Source: an uncultured Deinococcales bacterium
Lineage (GTDB): Bacteria; Deinococcota; Deinococci; Deinococcales; JAAFIG01
Assembly: GCA_964247135.1 (NCBI GenBank)
Contig: CAXTTL010000001.1
Coordinates: 1 to 64,000 of the forward strand
Length of the DNA: 64,000 nt
Reading direction: 5' to 3'
Shown here in pieces: positions 29,631 to 40,403 of this stretch; positions within the stretch are counted from its first letter, which is position 1; each line of letters opens with the position of its first letter. The notes below the pieces were generated by a model, which saw only the letters and a list, made by a program, of their open reading frames with translations, was not told the origin of the DNA and did no database searches. The translations under genes were made by a program, and so were the position numbers.

Positions 29631-30037
29631 GCGCCGTCTCCATCGCTGGGTCTGGCGTAATCGTCATCAAAACGCGCAATGTCCGCCTGCTGCCAATTGC
29701 CGAACGCCACCTCGAGCACCCGCACGGTCGGACCCAAACTCGAGAGGCGATGGCGGGCGTTGGCGGGAATCCAGAGTTCATCACCGGCTTTTGGATGCAC
29801 AATCAGGTCATCAATTTGCACGGCTGCCCCGTCGTCGAGCACAATCCAGAGTTCACTGCGACCCGTGTGGGCTTGCAGGCTCAGGCGCTGACCAGGTTTG
29901 ACGCTCATCAGGCTGACCGTGACCTCGCTGTTGTTGGCGTACTGCTTAAACGAACCCCAAGGACGTTCGACCAGCGCGACGGCGGGTTGGGTTTCGGGAA
30001 TCGGCTTGGTGACAAAGGTCTTTGTATCGGATTTCAC
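29627..30037 (-). CDS. Phosphomannose isomerase type II C-terminal cupin
   Basis: ERPWGSF, RLSLQAH..RSELWIVL, EDIxR-like DIARFDDDYAR. Confidence 0.85.
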   Translation of the reverse strand: MKSDTKTFVTKPIPETQPAVALVERPWGSFKQYANNSEVTVSLMSVKPGQRLSLQAHTGRSELWIVLDDGAAVQIDDLIVHPKAGDELWIPANARHRLSSLGPTVRVLEVAFGNWQQADIARFDDDYARPSDGDGA

Positions 30038-30049
30038 GCCACTGCTCCT

Positions 30050-30640
30050 TTAAACTCGAGCCGACAATGACTTGAGCCATTCTTGACGGTTCATGACGAC
30101 CATCTGACCTTCACGTTCCATCACAACCTGGCGAAAATTGTTGCTGGCAATCGCGGCATAATCATGACCGGCTTGGGCTGGATAAATTCCCAAGTAAATC
30201 AGTGGACTCGAGCCAACATTGACGGTGCGGTGCGCGGTATGACCTGGAACGTAAACGATGCTGTTGGCGGTCAGTGGCAGGCTGTTGGCTTCGCCGCCCT
30301 CAGTCTCGAGCAGCATCAAACCTTCGCCCGAAAGTCCGATATAGATTTCACTGGCTTCACGCCAGGCGTGCAGATGACCGCGCGTCAAAAAATATTCTGA
30401 CCCGACTCGACCTGGCATGATCTTGCCCAGTCCGATGTGCAAATCGCCAGCGTCATTGGCAGGCTCGAAGCTTGAAACGCTGTAAACCAGCGGGTCGTCA
30501 TTCTCGAGGGCGGTGTCGTAAGCCTTTGGGTCGGCAAAGCAGCCCCGCAGTTGGCTGAGGCGACGCTCAACCCAGACGGCATCTTCGATCTGGGCGCTGG
30601 TCAAATCAATGTGTTTGAGGTACGGCGAGACCGAGAGCAT
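30050..30640 (-). CDS. Cupin-type (archaeal-like) glucose-6-phosphate isomerase family protein
   Basis: PGRVGSEYFLTRGHLH, EIYIGLSGEG, AHRTVN, AGHDY. Confidence 0.85.
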   Translation of the reverse strand: MLSVSPYLKHIDLTSAQIEDAVWVERRLSQLRGCFADPKAYDTALENDDPLVYSVSSFEPANDAGDLHIGLGKIMPGRVGSEYFLTRGHLHAWREASEIYIGLSGEGLMLLETEGGEANSLPLTANSIVYVPGHTAHRTVNVGSSPLIYLGIYPAQAGHDYAAIASNNFRQVVMEREGQMVVMNRQEWLKSLSARV

Positions 30641-30775
30641 GGGTGTCCTTCCTGCATGGATCGCTCGAGTTGATCTTTTGAACGAATGTCTCAAGATATA
30701 ACAAAATATAACGCTTTGCAACTTGATTTCGTTGACTGAAAATACCCATCCGCGCTATTGTGCCCCAGAGGAACT

Positions 30776-31579
30776 ATGATGCCCAAGCCCAACCATCCAG
30801 GCGCGAAGATATTAACAGAACAGCGCCGTGCAATCATCGCCGAACAGGTTGACGAACAGGGCAGCGTCACCGCCGAAAACCTCGGCACTCGGTTTGGCGT
30901 TTCACACATGACCATTTACCGCGACCTAAAAGTGCTCGAGGCTTTGGGTAAACTGCGCTTTGTGCGCGGTGGGGCAATTCGTAACGACAACCAAACCATC
31001 AATGAACCCCTGTATTTTGCCAAACGCAAAATTCACAGAAAACAAAAAGAATTGATTGCCGCCTACGCCGCCAAACATTTTATTCAAGATGGTGATTTTA
31101 TTATTCTCGAGGCGGGGACAACCGTTTCGGCAATGGTCAAACACTTAAAGCACAAGCATTTGACCGTCATGACCAACGGACTTGAAACCATCAACCAAGC
31201 CGCAGCATTGTTACCAGATTTGACGGTCATCAGTTGCGGTGGCATCTTGCGTGATGTCTCGCACACGTTTGTCGGTCCTCAAGCCGAACAGTTTTTTCAC
31301 GAACTGCGCGGCAAAACCCTGTTCCTTGGCGCGAGCGGCTTAACGATTGAAGGCGGCATCACCGACCCCAACCCGCTCGAGATTCAGGTCAAACGCGCGA
31401 TGGTTGCCAGTGTGGATCATGTGGTGTTGCTGCTCGACTCGAGCAAATTTGGGCAACGCTCGTTCTCGTCGCTGTTGCCGTTTAGCCAAGTTCAGACCTT
31501 AATCACCGATGCCAACGCGCCAACGGCGGACATTGCCCGCCTGAAAGCATTGGGGGTGGACGTTCGGATTGCGCAGTAA
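30776..31579 (+). CDS. DeoR/GlpR family transcriptional regulator
   Basis: FGVSHMTIYRDL HTH, EAGTT, LLDSSKFG. Confidence 0.93.
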   Translation: MMPKPNHPGAKILTEQRRAIIAEQVDEQGSVTAENLGTRFGVSHMTIYRDLKVLEALGKLRFVRGGAIRNDNQTINEPLYFAKRKIHRKQKELIAAYAAKHFIQDGDFIILEAGTTVSAMVKHLKHKHLTVMTNGLETINQAAALLPDLTVISCGGILRDVSHTFVGPQAEQFFHELRGKTLFLGASGLTIEGGITDPNPLEIQVKRAMVASVDHVVLLLDSSKFGQRSFSSLLPFSQVQTLITDANAPTADIARLKALGVDVRIAQ

Positions 31580-31787
31580 CTATTACCCAGACCCAAGCGT
31601 ATTTTATTTCCTGGACACAAGAAGCAGCAATGTTCTGTCCACCCTCATCCCCGACCCTTCTTGATTCCAAGACGCACCTTCGGGCGGAATCGCTTCTCCC
31701 AACATCAGGAGAAGGGGGTTTTGTCCTACACCTGAGACTCAAGGTTTTCGTCCTTCTTGTGCTTGTGGGCGAGGCAACATTCATTCG

Positions 31788-32552
31788 TCAACGCTTGATC
31801 ATAAAACCACCGTCAACGTTCAGCGCTGTCCCCGTGACAAAAGAGGCGCGGCTCGAGGCGAGAAACACCGCCGCATCCGCCACCTCGCTGGGGGCTGCCA
31901 TGCGTCCGAGTACGTGCGCCTCTCGAGCCTGGGCGATCAGCAGGCTGGGGTCTGGGGCTTGCCGCATGGCTTGATGGGTGAAACCCGCATCCACCCAGCC
32001 TGGACAGATGGCGTTGACCCGAATGCCAAACGGTCCAAGTTCCTGGGCGATGCCATACGTCAAACTGAGCACCGCACCTTTGCTGGCAGTGTAGGCAAAA
32101 CTGCCGTCCGACCCCACAAATGCCGAAACGGATGACAGGTTGATGATCGAGCCGCCACCCGCCGCTTTGATGGCTGGCACGGCGTACTTGCACACCAAGA
32201 AAACGCCCTTGACGTTGACATCCATCAATTCATCCCACTCCGCCTCGAGCATCGCATCGACCCGACCTTGACGCAAGATTCCTGCCGCGTTGACCAAACA
32301 GGTCAGGCGTCCAAAATGGGCAAGGCTGGCTTGAACGGCGCTCGAGACTTCTGCGGCTTGGGTGATGTCTGCCGCCAATGCCAGCACCTGCCCACCAGAA
32401 GCCCGTAAATCCGCCTCGAGCGCGGTCAGGCTCTCCGATGCCAGGTCAAGCAATGCCACCGCCGCGCCAGCCTCCACAAACGCCCTGGCGATGGCAGAAC
32501 CAATTCCACCCACCGCGCCCGTTACCAACGCCACCTGACCCTCGAGTTCCAT
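31788..32552 (-). CDS. Short-chain dehydrogenase/reductase
   Basis: TGAVGGIG, YTASKG, RVNAICPG, VDGG. Confidence 0.93.
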   Translation of the reverse strand: MELEGQVALVTGAVGGIGSAIARAFVEAGAAVALLDLASESLTALEADLRASGGQVLALAADITQAAEVSSAVQASLAHFGRLTCLVNAAGILRQGRVDAMLEAEWDELMDVNVKGVFLVCKYAVPAIKAAGGGSIINLSSVSAFVGSDGSFAYTASKGAVLSLTYGIAQELGPFGIRVNAICPGWVDAGFTHQAMRQAPDPSLLIAQAREAHVLGRMAAPSEVADAAVFLASSRASFVTGTALNVDGGFMIKR

Positions 32553-32562
32553 AGCCTTCCTT

Positions 32563-33417
32563 TCAGCCCTTGACCGCCCCAGCCGTCAAACCCGCCACAA
32601 TCCGTTGCTGGAAGACCAACACCAAGACCAACAATGGTACCGTCACCACCACCGAAGCCGCCATGATCTGATTCCAGGGCAATTCAAAACTGCTCGAGCC
32701 ACTGAACAGCGCGATTGCCACCGGCACGGTTCTCGAGTTTTCGTTGACGCTGAAGGTCAGGGCGAACAAGAATTCGTTCCAGGCTTGAATGAACGCCAAC
32801 AAACCAGCCGTCACCAGCCCAGGCGCGATCATCGGCAGCAAGACTTTATACAGGGCTTGAAACGGTGATGCGCCGTCAATAAAGGCGGCTTCCTCGAGTT
32901 CGCTGGGGATTTCGCGGACAAAGCTGGTCAAAATCCAGATCGTAAACGGCAGGGTAAACAGCAAATAACTGAAGATCAAACCCAGAATCGTATCGTACAA
33001 ACCCAAAGTCCGAATCAGCACAAACAGACCGCCCAACACACTGATTTGCGGAAACATCGTGACCGCCAGCATCGCATAATAAATCGGTTGCCGCCCGCGA
33101 AATTGAAAGCGACCTATCGCGTAGGCGGCAAAGACGCCAAACAACAAAGACAACAGCGTTGTGCCGCCAGCCACCAGGAACGAATTGAACAAAAAACGCC
33201 CAAACGGTTGGGTCGTAAAAACACTGGCGTAATTGAGCCATTGCGGCGTTTGCGGAATATAGCTGATTGGCGTGGCGAACAATTGATTGGAGGTTTTTAA
33301 GGAGCTGACAATCGCCCAGTAAAATGGAAACAACAGGTAAAACAACAACACGCCCAGACCAAACCAGAACACGGCTCGAGCTGCCAATTGGCGCAAATTG
33401 AGTTTCTCGAGGTTCAT
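32563..33417 (-). CDS. Carbohydrate ABC permease (MalG-like)
   Basis: [10 protein letters not shown] motif, AWNEFLFA, C-terminal GLTAGAVKG. Confidence 0.93.
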   Translation of the reverse strand: MNLEKLNLRQLAARAVFWFGLGVLLFYLLFPFYWAIVSSLKTSNQLFATPISYIPQTPQWLNYASVFTTQPFGRFLFNSFLVAGGTTLLSLLFGVFAAYAIGRFQFRGRQPIYYAMLAVTMFPQISVLGGLFVLIRTLGLYDTILGLIFSYLLFTLPFTIWILTSFVREIPSELEEAAFIDGASPFQALYKVLLPMIAPGLVTAGLLAFIQAWNEFLFALTFSVNENSRTVPVAIALFSGSSSFELPWNQIMAASVVVTVPLLVLVLVFQQRIVAGLTAGAVKG

Positions 33418-34331
33418 TTGACCTCGACTTTCAGCGTGACCAAATACACGGTGATGTAGAGCGCCAGAATCAAAAACATGCCCGTCGAAACCGCCGAGCC
33501 GTAACCGAGTGCGCCAAAACTGATCAATTGCTGGCGTGCGTAAATTGACATGCTGATGGTCTCGATTTGGGTGCCAGCCACAATGTAAATCATGTCAAAG
33601 ACCCGCAGGGCGTCGAGGGTGCGAAAAATCAGCGCGACCAACAAACTCGGTCTTAAGAGCGGCAGCGTGATGCGCCAGAATTGCTGCGCCGCACTCGCGC
33701 CGTCCACTCGAGCCGCCTCGTACAATTCTTTGGGAATGCCCTGCAAACCAGCCAGTAAAATCAATGCCATAAACGGCGTGGTCTTCCAAACGTCAATCAT
33801 GATTAAGGCGGGCAACACCAGTTTGGGTTCTGCCAGCCACGCCATCGGCGCACCGATGATCCGCAATTTCATGAAGATGTCGTTGAACACGCCGTAGACA
33901 TCGTTAAACATCCAACGCCACATCTGGCTCGAGACGACCCCAGGAATCGCCCAGGGTACAAGCATGGCGGTGCGCACCAAACCCCGTCCGCGAAATTCGC
34001 TGTGAACCAGCAGCGCGATCACCAGCCCCAGAACAGTCTCGAGTCCGACTGAAATGACCGTGAAGACCACGGTGTTCCAGACAGATCGCCACCAGCGCGG
34101 ATCGCTTGCCAGGGCAATGTAATTGTCAAAGCCGACCCAAATAGGTTGCAACGGAAACTTTAAGATGCTGACATCAAAAAAACTCAGTTGAATGCTGCGA
34201 AACAACGGGTACGCCGCCACAAGCAGCAGAATCAACAAGCTCGGCGCTAACAACAACCAGGCGGTTCTTGCCCGCCAAGCCGCCAAGGAAAAACGCCGAG
34301 TTGGATGTTGAGAGCGTTTCAATTCTTGCAC
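33414..34331 (-). CDS. Carbohydrate ABC permease (MalF-like)
   Basis: [31 protein letters not shown]. Confidence 0.93.
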   Translation of the reverse strand: MQELKRSQHPTRRFSLAAWRARTAWLLLAPSLLILLLVAAYPLFRSIQLSFFDVSILKFPLQPIWVGFDNYIALASDPRWWRSVWNTVVFTVISVGLETVLGLVIALLVHSEFRGRGLVRTAMLVPWAIPGVVSSQMWRWMFNDVYGVFNDIFMKLRIIGAPMAWLAEPKLVLPALIMIDVWKTTPFMALILLAGLQGIPKELYEAARVDGASAAQQFWRITLPLLRPSLLVALIFRTLDALRVFDMIYIVAGTQIETISMSIYARQQLISFGALGYGSAVSTGMFLILALYITVYLVTLKVEVK

Positions 34332-34423
34332 AAGCCAATCCCTTCAACAAGCCTCGAGTCTCGAGAAACAACAAGTCCCGCCCATCCTCTTGGAACGAGC
34401 GGGACTGATCAATCAAAACTTGA

Positions 34424-35722
34424 TTACCACTTTGCGCCCTTAATGCGTTTAAGTTCATCCTCGAGGGCTTGCAATGCCGCAGCACCCTTTGCTTGACCCG
34501 TCAAGACCGAATTGGCGGCATTCCAGAAGGCTTCTGAGACTCGAGGATACTTGGTTGCGGTGATGGTTGTGGGGCGCACCACGGCGTTGGCGAAAACGCT
34601 GTACAAACGCCCCAAGAATGGACTGGCTTTTAATACATCTGCGTCTTTGTAAACCGAAGGGCGCGAAGGGTTGTAACCACCGACGATGGCGCGTTCTTTT
34701 TGAACCTCGGTGCTGGTCAGGTACATCACCAGATCGGCGGCGGCTTTGACATTCTTCGAGAATCGGTTGACCGACAAACTGTGACCACCAAAGGTCGCGG
34801 CGTTCTTGCCACTTGCCCCAGGACCTTTGGGCAGCACGGTCACGTCAAACTTGCCTTTGACTGGGCTGGTGTCGCCATTGCCGAGCGGGAAGGCGTAGGG
34901 CCAGTTTCGCATGAACGCCGCGTTACCCGCCTGCCAGACCCCTCGAGAATCCTCTTCTTTGTAGGTGGTCACGCCCTTTGGTGAGATCGTGCCGACCCAT
35001 TTTGCTGCCATGTCCAGCGCCGCCGCCGCATTTTTATTGTTGACCGTGACATTGCCCTTGTTGTCCACAATCGTGCCGCCGCCAAACGAGTAAACCCACT
35101 CGAGGGCGTCGCAAGTCAAGCCCTCATAGGCTGCGCCCTGCCAGACGTAACCCCAAAAGTTTGGGTTTTCTTTGCGTTCACCCTGCTGGATTTTGCTCGC
35201 CATGCTGGTCAGTTGCGTCCAACTGGTCGGTGGGTTTTTGTAACCGTATTTCTCGAGCAGGTCTTTGCGGTAGTACAACAAGCCCGCATCGCCGTACCAG
35301 GGCAGGTCAACCAGTTTGCCGTCAACGGTGTCGGCTTCGATCATGCTGGGGAAAAATTCTTTGATTGTGGCTTCGGGAACGTATTCTTTGAGGTCAACAA
35401 AATAATCGGCAAGCAAGCCGGGCCAGATGTTTTCGATTTGGTACACGTCCACATCCGATGATTGCGCCGAGAGTTGCTGTTGAAACAGTGCCAGGCGTTC
35501 GTTGGAAGAGGCAACATTGGGGACAACATCGACCTTGTTGCCGGTTTTTGCCGCCCATTTGTCGGCGGCAGATTTGCACAGCGCTTGCTGGCTGCCAACA
35601 GTCCCGCAGGCGATTTTAAGGGTTAAGCCGCCCTGAGCGACACCCAGATTTGTCACGACGATCCCCACGGCTGCGCTGCCCAACAACGATGCGACCAGAA
35701 CTCCCCTTGAGTACCATTTCAT
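34424..35722 (-). CDS. Sugar ABC substrate-binding protein (trehalose/maltose-like)
   Basis: YVWQGAAYEGLTCDALEW, FMRNWPYA; RBS ggagg before MKWY. Confidence 0.9.
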   Translation of the reverse strand: MKWYSRGVLVASLLGSAAVGIVVTNLGVAQGGLTLKIACGTVGSQQALCKSAADKWAAKTGNKVDVVPNVASSNERLALFQQQLSAQSSDVDVYQIENIWPGLLADYFVDLKEYVPEATIKEFFPSMIEADTVDGKLVDLPWYGDAGLLYYRKDLLEKYGYKNPPTSWTQLTSMASKIQQGERKENPNFWGYVWQGAAYEGLTCDALEWVYSFGGGTIVDNKGNVTVNNKNAAAALDMAAKWVGTISPKGVTTYKEEDSRGVWQAGNAAFMRNWPYAFPLGNGDTSPVKGKFDVTVLPKGPGASGKNAATFGGHSLSVNRFSKNVKAAADLVMYLTSTEVQKERAIVGGYNPSRPSVYKDADVLKASPFLGRLYSVFANAVVRPTTITATKYPRVSEAFWNAANSVLTGQAKGAAALQALEDELKRIKGAKW

Positions 35723-35861
35723 AGTTTGCCTCCTCCAATTGTCTTGATCCCGTTCATATTGTAACAATTTATAACGAATGTCAACACATCACAACAAACA
35801 CAAAGACCATCAACACCCAGAGATGCTCGAACAAAAAAGCAAGTTCTGGGATTTGAAGGTT

Positions 35862-36704
35862 TTATCCCTTGACCGCGCCCGCCGTGAGCGCTCGAGCCAG
35901 TTGGCGGTAACTGAGCATTCCAAGCACCAACGGCGGCAAGATGCCGAGGATCATGGCGGCGCTGATTTCGCCCCATTTCACCCCCCAAGAGGTGATGAAC
36001 AGCGTCGAACCCACCGTGACGGGCGTGGCGCGTTGCGTGGTCAGGATCAAGCCAAATAAGAATTCATTCCAAACGTAAATAAAAGACAATATTGCCGTGG
36101 CGGTCATGATCGGTCTGGCGAGTGGCACAATCACAAAACGGAACACCTGCCAGGTGCTGGCGCCGTCCACCCGCGCCGCCGCCTCAACTTCGAGCGGAAA
36201 ATCTTGGACGAAACCAACAAACAAAATCAAAGCCAAGGGAATGTTGATGACTGCACCAATCAATGACAAACCAAGTTGGGTGTCGAGCAAACCAAGCACC
36301 TGAAACATCAGGTAAAACGGAATCGCAAAAATAATCAAAGGAACGGCACGCAAATTTGTCACGACTGGCAACAGAAACCTCGAGCCAAGCTTGAAACGCA
36401 CGATGGCATACGCGGCGGGCAAGGTCAGCGCCAGGGCAATAACGGTTCCGCTAGAGGCAATGACAAGGCTGTTGATCAAAAACTTTGGAAAGTTTAAGGT
36501 CGGGTCGGACAAGACGGTGACGTAATATTTGAGGGTCGGTTGAAAAATCCAGACTGGCGGATTCTTGTAAATATCGGCTATGGATTTGAGCGAAGTCGCA
36601 ACCGTGGCAATGATCGGGAAATTGATCACCACCACGACCACCACAAACGCCAACCAACGTAGCGTCTCGAGCAAAATTTGAAGGCTGGCTCGAGGTTTAA
36701 TCAC
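35862..36704 (-). CDS. Carbohydrate ABC permease
   Basis: [28 protein letters not shown] start inferred. Confidence 0.9.
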   Translation of the reverse strand: MIKPRASLQILLETLRWLAFVVVVVVINFPIIATVATSLKSIADIYKNPPVWIFQPTLKYYVTVLSDPTLNFPKFLINSLVIASSGTVIALALTLPAAYAIVRFKLGSRFLLPVVTNLRAVPLIIFAIPFYLMFQVLGLLDTQLGLSLIGAVINIPLALILFVGFVQDFPLEVEAAARVDGASTWQVFRFVIVPLARPIMTATAILSFIYVWNEFLFGLILTTQRATPVTVGSTLFITSWGVKWGEISAAMILGILPPLVLGMLSYRQLARALTAGAVKG

Positions 36705-37587
36705 GTCCAGAACCCCGCACCGCAAAACGCATCGACACCAGCAACGGAATGACCGAAACCAACAGCAACAAAATCGACGCGGCAATGGCTGGACCCAGCG
36801 CGTCGGACTGAAAAAAACGTTTGTAAATATAAATGGCGATGCTGGTCGTGACCGTGCCTGGACCTCCGCCCGTTAAAACAAAAATATGATCGAACACCCG
36901 AAACGAATCAATAAAGCGAATAAACGCGGCAATCGAAATGGCAGGCGTCAACAGAGGCAGCATTACAAAGCCAAGCGTCTGCAAAAAATTTACGCCATCA
37001 ATTTTTGCAGCCTCGAGCAACTCTTGAGGCAAGGCTTGCAAGGCGGTGTACAAAATCAAAAAAGCAAACGGCGTCCACTGCAAAATCTCGATCACCACCA
37101 GCGTCACCAGCGCCGTCTGAGGACCAAACAAGTCTATGGGCGGCACGCCAAGAATTTGCAAATAACGCGGCACGACCCCAACGAAATCGTTCAGAATCAG
37201 ACGGTACATGACCCCCAACAGGGCTGGTGAAATCATCATCGGCAAGAGCAGCAACGCCAGCAAGGGCTTGTGACGCTCGAGCAGCGGTTGAAAAATCAGC
37301 GCCATTGCAAAACCCAAGACAATCTCGAGACTCATGCAGATCAAGCCAAACTGCACGCTGAACCAGAGCGCCTCCCAAAATTTCGGGTCTTGAAGCGTCT
37401 CGAGGTAATTGGCAAAACCGATCAAGCTCGGGTTGCGCAAGGTGCGAAACGAGAGGCTGGTCAGGCTGTAATAAAGGTTGGCGAGGATTGGAAACCCCAG
37501 CATCAAGGTCAAAAAAATCACCAACGGCGCGATCAGCCACCGCGCGGTGGAATCGGGTTTGGGCGGCTGGGATTTTTTTTGGGTCAT
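36697..37587 (-). CDS. Carbohydrate ABC permease
   Basis: QWTPFAFLIL, EAAKIDG, DSFRVFD. Confidence 0.9.
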   Translation of the reverse strand: MTQKKSQPPKPDSTARWLIAPLVIFLTLMLGFPILANLYYSLTSLSFRTLRNPSLIGFANYLETLQDPKFWEALWFSVQFGLICMSLEIVLGFAMALIFQPLLERHKPLLALLLLPMMISPALLGVMYRLILNDFVGVVPRYLQILGVPPIDLFGPQTALVTLVVIEILQWTPFAFLILYTALQALPQELLEAAKIDGVNFLQTLGFVMLPLLTPAISIAAFIRFIDSFRVFDHIFVLTGGGPGTVTTSIAIYIYKRFFQSDALGPAIAASILLLLVSVIPLLVSMRFAVRGSGRD

Positions 37588-37648
37588 AATTTTGATACAA
37601 ATGCAGGCTCGAGAAAGCGATCAGCAATGCTGCTCGAGCCTGCCCGTT

Positions 37649-38988
37649 TTACTTGGCTGCGGCAAGCTTCGCCATCTTGTCGCTGGCGGCTTTCAATGCG
37701 TCATCGGCGCTTTTTTGCCCAGCCCAGACCGCCGAAAACTCTTCGGCAAGGGCGGTGTAGACCGGAACGGCATAGGCGGCGGTTCCTCCCGTCACCACAA
37801 AGCCGTACTTGCCGAGGTGCTCGGCGACAATCGGGAACTCGGGGCGTTGTTTTGCCATGCCCTTCAGGACGCTCGCCACTGGTGGCAAACCGCCAGCGTC
37901 GGCATAAAGCTTCACTGCGCCTTCTGTGCCAAGATACTCGAGGAACTTGCCCGCCGCGTCTTTCTTGGTGCTGGCTTTGTTCAACCCGATGCCGAGGCTG
38001 TGGACATGGGTTTTATGTCCTTTGGCTCCGGCTGGCATTGGCGCAAGGGCAACCTTGTCAAACACCAGCGGTGATTTTTCCTTGTCCGAAAGCTCGTTGA
38101 AGGCGGCGCTCCATTGAAGCATCACCGCCACCTGACCGGTGCGGAAGGCTTCGTTCGCCTCGGCGTACTCGTAATTGGTTGCGCCTGGTGGCACGGCTTT
38201 GTTCTGAGCAATCGTGGTGTAAACCGCCAGCCCTTTACGCGCCGCGTTGGAATTGATGGTCGGTTTGCCTTGGGCGTTAAACAAATCGCCACCATAACTG
38301 ACCAGGGTGCTTTGCCAGATCATGATGTTAAAGAGCAAATTTTTCATCTGCAATGCCGCGCCGTAAGTGGTTGGCGAATCTGGATTGAGCGATTTGGTGA
38401 AAAACAATGACACGGCAATAAAATCGTCCCAAGTCCAGTTCTCTGGGTCTTTGGGTTTCATGGTCTTGCCAAGGATGTTTTTTGAAATCTCGCCGTAACG
38501 TTTTTGCCAAGCCGCATCGGTCAAGAGTTTCTGCGTCAAGTCCTTGCGATAGTAGGTAAAATGATTGCTGACATCGGTCGGCACACCGTACTGTTTGCCG
38601 CCAAAATTTAAGGAGCTGACCGCCGAGGGCAAGAATCCCGCAATCGCGGTTTTGTTCAAATAACCGTCAACCGGTGCAAGATAGGGCGCGTAGCGACCCA
38701 GCGTGTAGGTCGTGATCAAGCCCAGATCAAACTCGCTCGAGCCTGCCGCCAAATCCGTCTCTTCTTTCTCAAAATAACCTTGCCTCGAAAAGAGAATCTG
38801 TTTGACACTGACCCCGTCTTTTGTGCCCGCGCCCTTGTTGTACCCATCCAGGACTTTCTGCATGGCTTCACTTTCAGGACCGGGCTAGACAATAAGGTGA
38901 CCTCGGTTGGGCTTTGTGCCCTCGAGAAGCCAATGGCAAGCATGAGACCAATGGCGACAGATACGCCTGCAACAAGCTGTTTCCTCAT
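37649..38988 (-). pseudogene. Sugar ABC substrate-binding protein with a 1-nt frameshift near 38882
   Basis: Signal peptide MRKQLVAG.. (ATG 38988, RBS ggagg) lies in a different frame from the body MQKVLDG..; one added base restores SSPGPESEAMQK. Confidence 0.8.
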
Positions 38989-39328
38989 CTTTACTCCTCC
39001 TTGTCCAGACCGGTCTAACCGGATTGCTGGTGTCAGAAATTGCATCGCGCACAAGGGAATGATCCCCAATGCCAGAGGGTTGCTTGGTTTGGAAAGTTCA
39101 ATGGCTGTGACGTGTCAAAAAGTCAGTCGAATAAAGACACTGCGGCAAGAAGTTGACTATCTAACACATATTAACATGTTTTAACACGAAGAGCGCAATG
39201 CTGACCATTGAGCTGGGATTTTGTCATGACTTGAATCCAACAAATTCCAGTGCCTCCCCACATGACTCGAGAAACGCAATACACTCAAATCCGCAACATC
39301 AATAAAAGTCGGCAACCATCGCAAGCCA

Positions 39329-40402
39329 TCAGCTTGGCTCGAGCGCAACATATTCGGTATCGTACTTGAAGTATGCAGGTCCAACCAACTCGAGTCCGGC
39401 TGGACTGCGCCACTGTGGGTCGCAAGGCATTCCAATGACCGCCACGCGAAAACCGTAACGCAAGACTTCGGTGGTGATCGGTTCGCCCGTGTCAAGGTCG
39501 AGCATGGCGATCAGATCGGGGGTGCTGGCAACCGCTTGACCGCCCTGTTCGGCGAGCAAGAATTCGTTTTGAAAAAAAACTTTCAGGCTTTGACCCGCAT
39601 TCGCATCAAACCCCATCAAGCTGGCTTCACCTCGAGCAAAACCGCCCTCGGTGCGGCGCAAGACATCGCCGACCTTGCCATGAAACAAACGTGTGCCGTG
39701 CGTCACCTCGAGCACCGCCTGAACGGGATCGTGGCGTTTGGCTCGAGCCTCAAAAATCGCTTGACCGATGCGTTCGATCAAACTGAGCGTGCCGTGAATC
39801 GTGGCGCGTTTGACCTGAGCGCCAGTCATTGGATAGAGCACCACGGTGGCGCCGCCGCCCATGTCCACCACCACCGAACGGGCAAAACGTTCTGTCCATT
39901 TGTTGTCAATGGTGTTGACCACCAGACTGTTGCCTTTTTCGTCTGCCATGACCATCGGGCTGGCTTGAATGCCGTGCAATGTGGGTAAAACCATTTGAAG
40001 TTCTGGGAAAGCGCGTCCCATCGCGTCGCAATCCACCAAGGGCAAACCCAGAATCGAGGCGACACTGAACGGAATTGTGGAGTTGAGTCCACCCGCCTCA
40101 ATGCACATCACGGCTCGAGCGGACTTGCCAAGGTACGCCTCGAGCGCCCTGAACGCCAAGATCGGCTCGTCGCCTTTGGGCAGTTTTTCGACGATCACCG
40201 TCGGTGCGCCCATCATGGCAACGGGCACGACCAGATCATCATCCTCGAGTTCGCTGACTTCAATCAGTTTGACCGCCCCATGACGCTCGAGGTTGCTTTG
40301 CGCCCAGACCTTGCCGACATAAGGATCGCCGCCGCCGCCCGTGCCGAGAACCGCGCCACCCAAAGCGATGGCTTCCATGTGATAGGCTTGAATCAAGCGC
40401 AT
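39329..40402 (-). CDS. DUF917 family protein
   Basis: LGTGGGGDP, EAGGLNS, DAMGRAFPELQM, FQNEFL, PDLI. Confidence 0.9.
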   Translation of the reverse strand: MRLIQAYHMEAIALGGAVLGTGGGGDPYVGKVWAQSNLERHGAVKLIEVSELEDDDLVVPVAMMGAPTVIVEKLPKGDEPILAFRALEAYLGKSARAVMCIEAGGLNSTIPFSVASILGLPLVDCDAMGRAFPELQMVLPTLHGIQASPMVMADEKGNSLVVNTIDNKWTERFARSVVVDMGGGATVVLYPMTGAQVKRATIHGTLSLIERIGQAIFEARAKRHDPVQAVLEVTHGTRLFHGKVGDVLRRTEGGFARGEASLMGFDANAGQSLKVFFQNEFLLAEQGGQAVASTPDLIAMLDLDTGEPITTEVLRYGFRVAVIGMPCDPQWRSPAGLELVGPAYFKYDTEYVALEPS

Positions 40403-40403
40403 T

